Origin: Malacoraja senta
Taxonomy: Eukaryota
Assembly: GCA_038087875.1 (NCBI GenBank)
Contig: JAXLNO010000606.1
Coordinates: 1 to 36,110, forward strand
Length of the DNA stretch: 36,110 nucleotides
Direction of reading: 5' to 3'
Part shown: piece by piece, positions 1-12,500 of the stretch
Position numbering within the stretch: the stretch's first letter is position 1
How the letters are laid out: each line of letters starts with the position of its first letter
The notes under the pieces: generated by a model
Seen by the model: only the letters and a program-made list of their open reading frames with translations
Databases searched by the model: none
What the model was told of the DNA's origin: nothing
Made by a program: the position numbers and the translations under genes

Positions 1-221
1 CTCCCTCCCTCCCTCTCCCTTTCATGTCCCTCTCTATCCCCCCTTCCCTCTCTGCCCCTCTCCCCCACCCCACACACACTCACACTCCCACACCGCTGCA
101 GAGACGATGATGAGCAGAGTCACTATTTGCACAAACGATGTCCCCATCTCTCGCCCCTGAGTTGTCCATAGCTGCGGAGCTGGGGAGGGGAGGAGGGGGA
201 GGTGGAGGTGGGCGAGAGAGG

Positions 222-474
222 GGGGGTCCTTGTACATCAGTCTATGAAAGTAACCATGCAGGTACAGCAGGCAGTGAAGAAAGCGAATGGCATGTTGGTC
301 TTTATAACAAGAGGAATCGAATATAGGAGTAAAAAGGTCCTTCTGCAGTTGTACAGGGCGCTGGTGAGACCACACCTGGAGTATTGTGTGCAGTTTTGCT
401 CCCCTAAGTTGAGGAAGCACATTCTTGCTATTGAGGGAGCGCAGCGTAGGTTTACAAGGCTAATTCCCGGGATG
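222..474 (+). mobile_element. CR1/HER1-type LINE, C-terminal ORF2 fragment (copy A)
   Basis: ORF 202..495 reads VLVHQSMKVTMQVQQAVKKANGML..LYRALVRPHLEYCVQF..AIEGAQRRFTRLIPGM, the conserved post-RT region of CR1-clade ORF2. Confidence 0.88.
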
Positions 475-996
475 CGTACAGTTTTGGTCTCCTAATCTGA
501 GGAAACACATTCTTGCCATAGAGGGAGTACAGAGAAGGTTCACCAGACTGATTCCTGGGATGTCAGGACTTTCATATGAAGAAAGAGTGGATAGACTCGG
601 CTTGTACTCGCTAGAATTTAGAAGATTGAGGGGGGATCTTATAGAAACGTACAAAATTCTTAAGGGGTTGGACAGGCTAGATGCAGGAAGATTGTTTCCG
701 ATGTTGAGGAAGTCCAGAACAAGGGGTCACAGTTTAAGGATAAGGGGGAAATCATTTAGGACTGATATGAGAAAATCATTTTTCACACAGAGAGTGGTGA
801 ATCTGTGGAATTCTCTGCCACAGAGGGTAGTTTGAGGCCAGTTCATTGGCTATATTTAAGAGGGAGTTAGATGTGGCCATTGTGTCTAAAGGGATCAGGG
901 GGTATGGAGAGAAGGCAGGTACAGGATACTGAGTTGGATGATCAGCCATGATCACATTGAATGGCGGTGCAGGCTCGAAGGGCCGAATGGCCTACT
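473..996 (+). mobile_element. CR1/HER1-type LINE 3' end (copy B) including 3' tail
   Basis: Reads CVQFWSPNLRKHILAIEGVQRRFTRLIPGMSGLSYEER..LGLYSLEFRRLRGDLIETYKI..FFTQRVVNLWNSLPQ, with a +1 T frameshift near 832. Ends in GATCAGCCATGATC..GGCTCGAAGGGCCGAATGGCCTACTC, a HER1/HE1-like tail also seen at ~33790 and ~34420. Confidence 0.88.
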
Positions 997-997
997 C

Positions 998-1223
998 TAT
1001 CCCTTTAATGCAGCCAGGGACTCATGCATTCCCTTTAATGCAGCCAGTGATGCATGCATTCCTTTTAATGCAGCCAGGGATACATGCATTCCCTTTAATG
1101 CAGCCAGGGACGCATGCATTCCCTTTAATGCAGCCAGTGATGCATGCATTCCCTTTAATGCAGCCAGTGATGCATGCATTCCTTTAATGCAGCCAGGATG
1201 CATGCATTCCCTTTAATGCAGCA
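998..1223. repeat. 30-bp minisatellite (CCCTTTAATGCAGCCAGKGANNCATGCATT), about 7.5 copies
   Basis: Units are directly visible at 1001, 1031, 1061, 1091, 1121, 1151 and onward. Confidence 0.95.
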
Positions 1224-1500
1224 GGGGGAACATGCACAGGCGCTGGCAGGCCGATCCCCGCATTTTATAACTCACACTATATCCACACTTAATATAGTCC
1301 TTGAGGCAGATTTCTGTCTCATTTCCAAACCATTTCCCCAAACCCCTCCCCCAAACTCACAAAGCCGACCTTGCGTGACAACGGTGTGGATGTGGGGAGC
1401 CCAGACCGGCCAAAACAGGCCCTTCAGCCCATTCCTCCCCTGCCAGCCCGCAGTTGGCATTGTCTGAATCGGGTCTACGTTCGCCCAAATCCCCTCTAGC

Positions 1501-1501
<1 letters not shown>

Positions 1502-1551
<50 letters not shown>

Positions 1552-1616
1552 CAGACAGAGAGACAGACAGACAGACAGACAGAGAGACATAGGGACAGAG
1601 AGAGAGAAACAGAGAC
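1502..1616. repeat. (GA)n/(GACA)n microsatellite
   Basis: Direct inspection. Confidence 0.95.
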
Positions 1617-1618
1617 GG

Positions 1619-2224
1619 AGTGATACAGTGTGGAAACAGGCCCTTCAGCCCAACTTGCCAACACAGGCCAACATGCCCCATCTACACTAGTCCCACATGC
1701 TGCCCGCGTTTGGCCCATATCCCTCCAAACCTGTCCTATCCATGTACCTGTCCAAGTGTTGTTATAGTCCCAACCTCAACTGCCTCCTCCGGCAGCTCGT
1801 TCCATACACCCACCACCTCTGTGTGGAAAAGTTGCCCCTCAGATTCCTATTCAAATTACCCCACCCCCGCCTCTCTCACCTTAAACCCGTGTCCGCTGAT
1901 CCTCGGTTCCCTACTCTGGGCAAGAGACTCTGTGCGTCTGTCTACCCGATCTATTCCTCTGGTGATTTTGGACACATCTATAAGATCACCCCTCATCCTC
2001 CTGCGCTCCAAGGAATAGAGTCCCAGCCCTGCCCCAACCTCTCCCTGTAGCTCAGGCCCCTTGAATCCCGGCAACATCCTAGTAAATCTTCTCCGCGCCC
2101 TTTCCAAACTCAATGAGATCTTTCCCGTAACACGGTGCTCAGAACTGAACTCAATACTCTAAACTCAACCTCACTAACGTCTCGTACAACTGCAACGTGA
2201 CCTCCCAACTTCTAGACTCAATAC
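1619..2224 (-). mobile_element. Degenerate CR1-type LINE 3' fragment
   Basis: Minus-strand translations give IESRSWEVTLQLYETLVRLSLEY and LERARRRFTRMLPG..LGLYSLERRRMRGDLIDVSKI. The tail GGGCTGAAGGGCCTGTTTCCACACTGTATCAC lies at the left end. Confidence 0.85.
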
Positions 2225-2265
2225 AGAGACAGAGAGAGAGAGAGAGACATAGATACAGAGAGATG

Positions 2266-2351
<86 letters not shown>

Positions 2352-2355
2352 CAGA

Positions 2356-2397
<42 letters not shown>

Positions 2398-2414
2398 CAG
2401 AGTAACAGAGAGAC

Positions 2415-2463
<49 letters not shown>

Positions 2464-2501
2464 CAGAGAGACAGGGAGAGAGACAGAGAGACAGAGAGAG
2501 A

Positions 2502-2587
<86 letters not shown>

Positions 2588-2610
2588 TAGAGAGAGAGAG
2601 AGAGAGAGAG
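2225..2610. repeat. Long compound (GA)n microsatellite
   Basis: Direct inspection. It produces the SLSL/RERE pseudo-ORFs. Confidence 0.97.
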
Positions 2611-3302
2611 CATTTTTGCTGTATTTCCCACTTTTCTGTGGGAAACACTGCGGTGAGGTGAGCGAGTACATACCTGGGGGAAATACAACAGAGAGACAAA
2701 TGTTGACTTTTTCCTCTTGTCTTTTCTACAGATGTGAACAATGAAGGGGGATATAGGACCAGGCACCTGCTGCTGCTGCTGCTGCTGTGGAAAACAAAGA
2801 ATTTTGCTCTGAAACTGGAGCCAAGTTGTATTAAAGTGGGTGGGTCTTGCAATGAAATAAAATTAAATTCATCAAATCAAACACTTGACTCTTATGATTA
2901 TTATGATCATCACACATTGAGGCCCGAGGGCTAGTAAAGGCCTGATGAGCCTTAGGGGCACATCTTGGGCTAGTACAGGGCCTGATTGGCCGAAGGGACA
3001 CTTAAGCAACAATTTTAGAGGGGGTGTAATCTGAGTTTTGAGTACAGTCACCTTGTGACTTTTATGATCATCACACACTGGTGGCTGGGGAGGGCTAGTG
3101 TGGGGACAGAGAACATTGTGGAGGGGACAGGACAGCGGGGACAGAGTACAGGCCTGATTGGCAGAAGGGACAGCTCCTGGGCTAGCATAGATGGGCCGAA
3201 TGAGGGAATGCTTTCTGCAATTTTTCCAGCCAGCCTTGTGGGGCCTAAAATAGATTCTCAGCCAGGCACGCAGCAAAATCAATTTTTTGGCTATTTCCCT
3301 GT

Positions 3303-3341
3303 GCTGGCTGGCTGTGCTGGCTGGCTGGCTGGCTGGCTGGC
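3303..3341. repeat. (GGCT)n microsatellite
   Basis: Direct inspection. Confidence 0.85.
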
Positions 3342-3442
3342 AAGGTGTTTTTAAGCCTCCAATGCATCACAGAGCCATGACGGAATACTTGCTGCAATTT
3401 GACCAGCTTTGTGGTGCCAATAATGCATTCTCAACCAGGCAG

Positions 3443-3446
3443 CTCC

Positions 3447-3498
<52 letters not shown>

Positions 3499-3522
3499 CT
3501 CACCCCCTCTCTCTCTCTCTCT

Positions 3523-3586
<64 letters not shown>

Positions 3587-3694
3587 CCTCTCTCTGTCCC
3601 TCCCTCTCTCTCTCCACTCTCTCTCGCCTCCCTCTCTCTCCCTCCCTTTCTCTCCCTCTCTCTCTACCCCCTCTCTCTCCCCCTCTCTCTCTCT
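3443..3694. repeat. (CT)n / polypyrimidine microsatellite
   Basis: Direct inspection. Confidence 0.95.
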
Positions 3695-6600
3695 TCCAGA
3701 ACGCCTCCTTGAGTCTCCCCGCACATGCGTACTTGCACAAGACATCACATGATTAATTACCATTTCTAGTACATACTAGGTGGTTTGCTTTGAAAATGCA
3801 AAAGGTGGTTGCTTTGAAAATGCAAAGGTGGTTGCTTTGGAAATGCAAAAACGTTTGCTTTGGAAATGCAAAAGGTTTGCTTTGGAAATGTAAATGTCGG
3901 TTTGCTTCGAAAAGGCAAATCGCAGTTTGCTTCGAAAATGCAAATGGCGGATTGCTTTAAAAATGCTAAAGGTGGTTTGCTTTGAAAATGCAAATGGAGG
4001 TTTGCTTTGAAAATACAAAAGGTAGTATGCTTTGAAAAGGCAAAATGTGGTTTGCTTTGAAAATACAAAGGATGGTTTGCTTTAAAAATGCAAAAGGTGG
4101 TTTGGTCTGAAAATGCAAAAGGTGGTTTGCTTTGAAAATGCAAAATGTTTGCTTTGAAAATGCAAATGGTTTGCTTTGAACATGCAAAGATTTGCTTTGA
4201 AAATGCAAAAGGTTTGCTTCGAAAATGAAAAAGTATCCTGAAAATGCAAAAGGTGGTTCCGTTTGAAAATGAAAAAGGGGGTTCGGTGGTTTGGTTTGAA
4301 AATGCAAATGGTGGTTTGGTTTGAAAATGCAAATGGTGGTTTGGTTTCAAAATGCAAATGGTGGTTTGGTTTCAAAATGGAAATCATGGTTTGGTTTGAA
4401 AATGCAAATGCTGGTTTGGTTTGAAAATGCAAATGGTGGATTGGTTCGAAAATGCTAAAGGTTTGGTTTGAAAATGCAAAAGGATTGGGTTGAAAATGCA
4501 AAAGTTGGTTGGGTTTGAAAATGCGAGAAAAAAAATTGCTTTGAAAATGCAAAAGGTGGTTTGCTTTGAAAATGCAAAAGGTGGTTTGCTTTGCAAATGC
4601 AAAAGATGGTTTGCTTCGAAAATGCAAATGGCGGTTTGCTTCGAAAAGGCAAATGGCGGTTTGCTTCGAAAATGGAATTTTTTTTGCTTTGAAAATGCAA
4701 ACGGTGGTTTGCTTTAAAAATGCTAAAAGTGGTTTGCTTTGAAAATGCTAATGGTGTTTTGCTTTGATAATGCAAAAGGATTGTTCTTTGAAAATACAAA
4801 AGGTTTGCTTTGAAAATGCAAAACGATGGATTTGAAAATGCAAATGGTTTGCTTTGAAAATGCAAATAGTGGTTTGCTTTGAAAATGCCAAAGGTGCTAT
4901 GCTTTGAAAATGCAAAAGTTGTTTGCTGTGAAAATGCAAAAGCTGGTTTGCTTCTTACAAAAGGCAGTTTGCTTTGAAAATACAAAAGGCGGTTTGCATT
5001 GAAAATGCAAAGGGCGGTTTGCTTTGAAAATGCAAAAGGTGGTTTGCTTTGAAAATGCAAAATGTTGTTTGCTTTGAAAATGTAAAAGGTGGTTTGCTTT
5101 GAAAATGCAAAAGGCGGTTTGCTTTGAAAATGCAAAAGGCACTTTGCTTTGAAAATGCGAACGGCGGTTTGCTTTGAAAGTGCAAAAGATGGTTTGGTTT
5201 GAAAATGCAAAAGGTGCTTTGTTTTGAAAATGCAAAAGGAGCTTTGAAAATGCAAAATGTTTGCTTTGAAAATGCAAATGGTTTGTTTTCAAAATGCAAA
5301 TGTTTGCTTTAAAAATGCAAAAGGTTTACTTTGAAAATGTAAAATGTTTGCTTTGAAAATGTAAAAGGAGGTCGGTTTGAAAATGCAAAAGGGGGTTCGG
5401 TTTGTAAATGCAAAAGGAGGTTCGGTTTGAAAATGCAAATGGTGGTTTGGTTTGAAAATGCAAATGATGGTTGGTTTGAAAATGCAAATGGTGGTTTGGT
5501 TTGAAAATGTAAATGGTGGTTTGGTTTGAAAATGCAAATGGTGGTTTGGTTTCAAAATGCAAATGGTGTTTAGCTTTGAAAATGCAAAAGTCAGTTTGGT
5601 TTGAAAATGCAAATGCTGGTTTGGTTTGAAAATGCAAATGGTGGATTGGTTCGAAAATGCTAAAGGTTTGGTTTGAAAATGCAAAAGGATTGGGTTGAAA
5701 ATGCAAAAGTTGGTTTGGTTTGAAAATGCGAAAAAAAAATTTGCTTTGAAAATGCAAAAGGTGGTTTGCTTTGAAAATGCAAAAGGTGGTTTGCTTTGCA
5801 AATGCAAAAGATGGTTTGCTTCGAAAATGCAAAAGGCGGTTTGCTTCGAAAAGGCAAATGGCGGTTTGCTTCGAAAATTGATTTTTTTTTGCTTTGAAAA
5901 TGCAAACGGTGGTTTGCTTTAAAAATGCTAAAAGTGGTTTGCTTTGAAAATGCTAATGGTGTTTTGCTTTGATAATGCAAAAGGATTGCTTTGAAAATAC
6001 AAAAGGTTTGCTTTGAAAATGCAAAAGGATGGATTTGAAAATGCAAATGGTTTGCTTTGAAAATGCAAATAGTGGTTTGCTTTGAAAATGCCAAAGGTGC
6101 TTTGCTTTGAAAATGCAAAAGTTGTTTGCTGTGCAAATGCAAATGGTGGTTTGCTTCATACAAAAGGCAGTTTGCTTTGAAAATACAAAAGGCGGTTTGC
6201 ATTGAAAATGCAAACGGCGGTTTGCTTTGAAAATGCAAAATGTGGTTTGCTTTGAAAATGCAAAAGGCGGTTTGCTTTGAAAATGCAAAAGGCACTTTGC
6301 TTTGAAAATGCGAACGGCGGTTTGCTTTGAAAGTGCAAAAGATGGTTTGGTTTGAAAATGCAAAAGGTGCTTTGTTTTGAAAATGCAAAAGGTGCTTTGA
6401 AAATGCAAAATGTTTGCTTTGAAAATGCAAATGCTTTGCTTTGAAAATGCAAAGATTTGCTTTGAAAATGCAAAAGGTTTGCTTCGAAAATAAAAAAGTA
6501 ACTTGAAAATGCAAAAGGTGGTTCCGTTTGAAAATGAAAAAGGCGGTTCGGTGGTTTGGTTTGAAAATGCAAATGGTGGTTTGGTTTGAAAATACAAATG

Positions 6601-8675
6601 GTGGTTTGTTTTCAAAATGCAAATGGTGGTTTGGTTTGAAAATGGAAATGATGGTTTGGTTTGAAAATGCACATGATGGTTTGGTTTGAAAATGCAAATG
6701 CTGGTTTGGTTTGAAAATGCAAATGTTGGATTGGTTCGAAAATGCTAAAGGTTTGCTTTGAAAATGCAAAAGGATTGGGTTGAAAATGCAAAAGTTGATT
6801 TTGTTTGAAAATGCGAAAAAATGTTTTGCTTTGAAAATGCAAAAGGTGGTTTGCTTTGAAAATGCAAAAGGTGGTTTGCTTTGCAAATGCAAAAGATGGT
6901 TTGCTTCGAAAATGCAAATGGCGATATGCTTCGAAAAGGCAAATGGCGGTTTACTTCGAAAATGGAATTTCTTTTTGCTTTGAAAATGCAAACGGTGGTT
7001 TGCTTTAAAAATGCTAAAGGTGGTTTGCTTTGAAAATGCTATGGTGTTTTGCTTTGATAATGCAAAAGGTTTGCTTTGAAAATACAAAAGGTTTGCTTTG
7101 AAAATGCAAAAGGATGGATTTGAAAATGCAAAAGGTTTGCTTTGAAAATGCAAATAGTGGTTTGCTTTGAAAATGCCAAAGGTGCTTTGCTTTGAAAATA
7201 CAAAAGTTGTTTGCTGCGAAAATGAAAAAGGTGTTATGCTTCATACAAAAGGCGGTTTGCTTTGAAAATACAAAAGGCGGTTTGCATTGAAAATGCAAAA
7301 GGCGGTTTGCTTTGAAAATGCAATAGGTGGTTTGCTTTGAAAATGCAAAATGTTGTTTGCTTTGAAAATGTAAAAGGTGTTTTGCTTTGAAAATGCAAAA
7401 GGCGGTTTGCTTTGAAAATGCAAAAGGCAGTTTGCTTTGAAAATGCGAAAGGCGGTTTGCTTTGAAAGTGCAAAAGGTGGTTTGGTTTGAAAATGCAAAA
7501 GGTGCATTGTTTTGAAAATACAAAAGGTGCTTTGAAAATGCAAAATGTTTGCTTTGAAAATGCAAATGGTTTGTTTTCAAAATGCAAATGTTTGCTTTAA
7601 AAATGCAAAAGGTTTACTTTGAAAATGTAAAATGTTTGCTTTGAAAATGTAAAAGGAGGTCGGTTTGAAAATGCAAAAGGGGGTTCGGTTTGTAAATGCA
7701 AAAGGAGGTTCGGTTTGAAAATGCAAATGGTGGTTTGGTTTGAAAATGCAAATGATGGTTGGTTTGAAAATGCAAATGGTGGTTTGGTTTGAAAATATAA
7801 ATGGTGGTTTGGTTTGAAAATGCAAATGGTGGTTTTGTTTGAAAATGCAAATGGTGGTTGGGTTTGAAAATGAAAAAGAATTCGTATGAAAATGCAAAAG
7901 GATTGGATTGAAAATGCAAAAGGTAGTTTGGTATGAGTATGCAAAGATTTGCTTTGAAAATGCAAAAGGTTTGCTTTGAAAATGCAAACGGTTTGCTTTG
8001 AATGTGCAAATGAAAGTTTGGTTTGAAAATGCAAATGGTGGTTTGGTTTTAAAATGCAAATGCTGGTTTGGTTTGAAAATACAAATGGTGGTTTGGTATG
8101 AAAATGCGAAAAGTTTGGTTTGAAAATACAAAAAGGATTGGTTTGAAATTGCAAAAAGTGGTTAGCTTTGAAAATGCGAAAAATGTTTTGTTTTGAAAAT
8201 GCAAAAGGTGGTTTGCTTTGAAAATGCAAATGGTGGTTTGCTTTGAAAATGCAAAAGGTGGTTTGCTTTGAAAATGAAAAAAGGTTTGCTTTGGAAATGC
8301 AAAAGGTTTGCTTCGGAAAAGCAACAGTTTGCTTCGAAAATGCAAATTGTGGTTTGCTTTGAAAATGGAAAAGGTGGTTCGCTTTGAAAATGCTAAAGGT
8401 GGTTTGCTTTGAAAATGCAAATGGTGGTTTGCTTTGAAAAATGCAAAATGTGGTTTGCTTTGAAAATGCAACAGGTGGTTTGCTTTGAAAGTGCAAAAGG
8501 TGGTTCGCTTTGAAAATGCAAAATGTTTGCTTTGAAAATACAAAAGCTTTGCTTTGAAAATGCAAATGCTGGTTTGCTTTGAAAATACAAAAGGTAGTAT
8601 GCTTTGAAAATGCAAAAGGTGGTTTGCTTTGAAAATGCAAAATGTTTGCTTTGAAAATGCAAATGGTTTGCTTTG

Positions 8676-9551
8676 GGTGGCGAGTCCCAGGGGGCGCTGA
8701 CCTGTGTGCGGCTGCCCAGCCAGCAGCTGTTTGTCCTTTCATCTTTTACTTTTTTATTTTAGTTAGTTAAGTGTTTTGTTGGAGGTCTAGACTTTTTTGT
8801 GTGGGGGAGGGAAGGGGGAAACTACCTTTCAGCGTCCCTACCTGGCCGCAGAGGCAGCTCTTCTCCGGGCTGCAGCTTCGACCCGTCCTCGCGGCCTACC
8901 AGCGGGCGTGGAGCGGCTTTTCCTGTCGGGGACCGCCAAGAACCTCGGGTTCGGCGGCGGCACAGCGCTGGAGCGCTATCGCGGAGCGGGCGATGCCTTG
9001 CCGGGGTCTCCGCGCTGGAGCTCCGGTGAGCTGAGGATCGCTGGGAAAACATCGCGGAGCTGCGGAACTGTGGAGCGACCAGCTGCGGGCGGCGGCGCTG
9101 AACTTGACACCGGGAGCCTAGGATCTCTAGATGAGATCGCCAGTTGTGGAGCTCCAACCGGCGCGGCCTTGTTGGCTTCGGAAGCCGCGGCCCCCAGTGC
9201 GGAAGCGGCCGTTCCAGGGTTCCCAAGCCGCTGGGAGGACTCTCCCGACGCCGGAGGAACATCACCCGGCTAGAACGGCCTGGAACATCGGGCCTCCGTA
9301 GAGGCAACTGTGGAGGCCTCAATGGGCCCGACTATGGGTGAACTGGGGTTGGGGACTGGACTTTGTGCCTTCCCTCATGGTGGGAGCCATTGTGGGGGGA
9401 TGCTTAGTGTTGACTATCTTGGTGTGATGTCTGTATTCTTCTCTTTTTTTGTGTACTGCATAATGGCAAAAAGCATTTCACTTCACTACACCTGGGTGTA
9501 TGTGAATGTGACAAATAAAAACTACCTTGAACCTTGAACCTTGAACCTTGA
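8676..9551 (+). mobile_element. Non-autonomous retroelement (SINE-like, Rex1/L2-type 3' tail) inserted in the satellite
   Basis: GC/CpG-rich ~870 bp non-satellite block. Ends in GTGACAAATAAA (AATAAA at 9514) plus (ACCTTGA)x4. TTG flanks both sides, and the satellite monomer order resumes in register. Family assignment is from recalled tail similarity only. Confidence 0.75.
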
Positions 9552-12500
9552 AAATGCAAAGATTTGCTTTCAAAATGCAAAGATTTGCTTTGAAAATGCA
9601 AAAGGTTTGTTTCGAAAATGCAAAAGTATCCTGAAAATGAAAAAGGTGGTTCCGTTTGAAAATGAAAAAAGGGGGTTCGGTGGTTTGGTTTGAAAATGCA
9701 AATGGTGGTTTGGTTTGAAAATGCAAATGGTGGTTTGGTTTGAAAATACAACTGGTTGTTTGGTTTGAAAATGGAAATGATGGTTTGGTTTGAAAATGCA
9801 AATGATGGTTTGGTTTGAAAATGCAAATGCTGGTATGGTTTGAAAATGCAAATGGTGGATTGGTACGAAAATGCTAAAGGTTTGGTTTAAAAATGCAAAA
9901 GGATTGGGTTGAAAATGCAAAAGTTGGTTTGCTTCGAAAATGCGAAAAATATTTTGCTTTGAAAATGCAAAAGATGGTTTGCTTTGCAAATGCAAAAGAT
10001 GGTTTGCTTCGAAAATGCAAATGGCGGTTTGCTTCGAAAAGGCAAATGGCGGTTTGCTTCGAAAATGGAAAACAAATTTGCCATGAAAATGCAAACGGTG
10101 GTTTGCTTTAAAAATGCTAAAGGTGGTTTGCTTTGAAAATGCAAATGGTGTTTTGCTTTGATAATGCTAAAGGTTTGCTTTGAAAATACAAAAGGTTTGC
10201 TTTGAAAATGCAAAAGGATGGATTTGAAAATGCAAAAGGTTTGCTTTGAAAATGCAAATGGTGGTTTGCTTTGAAAATGCCAAAGGTGCTTTGCTTTGAA
10301 AATGCAAAAGTTGTTTGCTGTGAAATGGCAAAAGGTGGTTTGCTTCATACAAAAGGTGGTTTGCTGTGCAAAATGCAAAAGGTGGCTTGGTTTGAAAATG
10401 CAAAAGGTGTTTTGATTTGAAAATGCAAAAGGCGGTTTGCTTTGAAAGTGCAAAAGGAGGTTTGGTTTGAAAATGAAAAAGGTGCTTTGCTTTGAAAATG
10501 TAAAAGGTCCTTTGAAAATGCAAAATGTTTGCTTTGAAAATGCAAATGGTTTGTTTTCAAAATGCAAATCTTTGCTTTAAAAATGCAAATCTTTGCTTTA
10601 AAAATGCAAAAGGTTTACTTTGAAAATGCAAAATGTTTGCTTTGAAAATGTAAAAGGAGGTTCGGTTTGAAAATGCAAAAGGGGGTTCGGTTTGAAAATG
10701 CTAAAGGAGGTTCGGTTTGAAAATGCAAATGGTGGTTTGATTTGAAAATGCAAATGATGGTTTGGTTCGGAAATGCAAATGGTGGTTTGGTTTGAAAATG
10801 TAAATGGTGGTTCGGTTTGAAAATGCAAATGGTGGTTTTGTTTGAAAATGCAAATGGTGGTTGGGTTTGAAAATGCAAAAGATTTGGTATGAAAATGCAA
10901 AAGGATTGGATAGAAAATGCAAATGGTGGTTTGGTTTGAGTATGCAAAAGGTTTGCTTTGAAAATGCAAAAGGTTTGCTTTGAAAATGCAAAAGGTTTGC
11001 TTTGAAAGTGCAAATGAAGGTTTGGTTTGAAAAAGCAAATGGTGGTTTGGTTTGAAAATGCAAATTCTGGTTTGCTTTGAAAATGCAAAAGGTTGTTTGC
11101 TTTGAAAATGCAAATGGTGTTTTGCTTTGAAAATGCCAAAGGTGCTTTGCTTTGAAAATGCAAAAGATGTTTGCTGTGAAATGGCAAAAGGTGGTTTGCT
11201 TCATACAAAAGGTGGTTTGCTGTGCAAAATGCAAAAGGTGGTTTGGTTTGAAAATGCAAAATGTGTTTTGATTTGAAAATGCAAAAGGCAGTTTGCTTTG
11301 AAAGTGCAAAAGGAGGTTTGGTTTGAAAATGCAAAAGGTGCTTTGCTTTGAAAATGCAAAAGGTCCTTTGAAAATGCAAAATGTTTGCTTTGAAAATGCA
11401 AATGGTTTGTTTTCAAAATGCAAATGTTTGCTTTAAAAATGCAAATGGTTTACTTTGAAAATGCAAAATGTTTGCTTTGAAAATGTAAAAGGAGGTTCGG
11501 TTTGAAAATGCAAAAGGGGGTTCGGTTTGAAAATGCTAAAGGAGGTTCGGTTTGAAAATGCAAAAGGTTGTTTGCTTTGAAAATGCAAATGGTGTTTTGC
11601 TTTGAAAATGCAAAAGGTGGTTTGCTTTGAAATGAAAAAAGGTTTGCTTTGGAAATGCAAAAGGTTTGCTTCGGAAATGCAAGTTTGCTTCGAAAATGCA
11701 AATGGTGGTTTGCTTTGAAAATGGAAAAGGTGGTTCGCTTTGAAAATGTTAAAGGTGGTTTGCTTTGAAAATGCAAATGGTGGTTTGCTTTGAAAATGCA
11801 AAATGTGGTTTGCTTTGAAAATGAAAAAGCTGGTTTGCTTTGAAAATGCAAAAGGTGGTTTGCTTTGAAAGTGCAAAAGGATGTTAGCTTTGAAAATGCA
11901 AAAAGATTTGCTTTGAAAATGCAATAGATGGTTTGCTTTGAAAATGCAAAAGGTTTGCTTTGAAAATGCAAATGGTGGTTTGCTTTGAATATACAAAAGG
12001 TAGTATGCTTTGAAAATGCAAAATGTGGTTTGCTTTGAAAATACAAAGGGTGGTTTGCTTTAAAAATGCAAAAGGTGGTTTGGTCTGAAAATGCGAAAGG
12101 TGGTTTGCTTTGAAAATGCAAACGGTTTACTTTGAAAATGCAAAGATTTGCTTTGAAAATGCAAAGATTTGCTTTGAAAATGCAAAGATTTGCTTTGAAA
12201 ATGCAAAAGGTTTGCTCCGAAAATGCAAAAAGTATCCTGAAAATGCAAAAGGTGATTCCGTTTGAAAATGAAAAAGGTGGTTCGGTGATTTGGTTTGAAA
12301 ATGCAAATGGTGGTTTGGTTTGAAAATGAAAATGGTGGTTTGGTTTGCAAATGCAAATGATGGTTTGGTTTGAGAATGGAAATGATGGTTTGGTTTGAAA
12401 ATGCAAATGATGGTTTCGTTTGAAAATGCAAATGATGGTTTGGCTTGAAAATGCAAATGGTGGATTGGTTCGAAAATGCTAAAGGTTTGGTTTGAAAATG

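Noticed and set aside
2151..3763. SLSL/RERE-rich ORFs
   Set aside because: Translations of GA/CT microsatellites.
4615..4670. CENP-B box in TTCGAAAA..GGCGG monomers
   Set aside because: Spacing does not fit TTCGnnnnAnnCGGG.
8771..9341. ORFs of 65-166 aa in the GC-rich insert
   Set aside because: Open on both strands because of GC content, with no recognisable domain.
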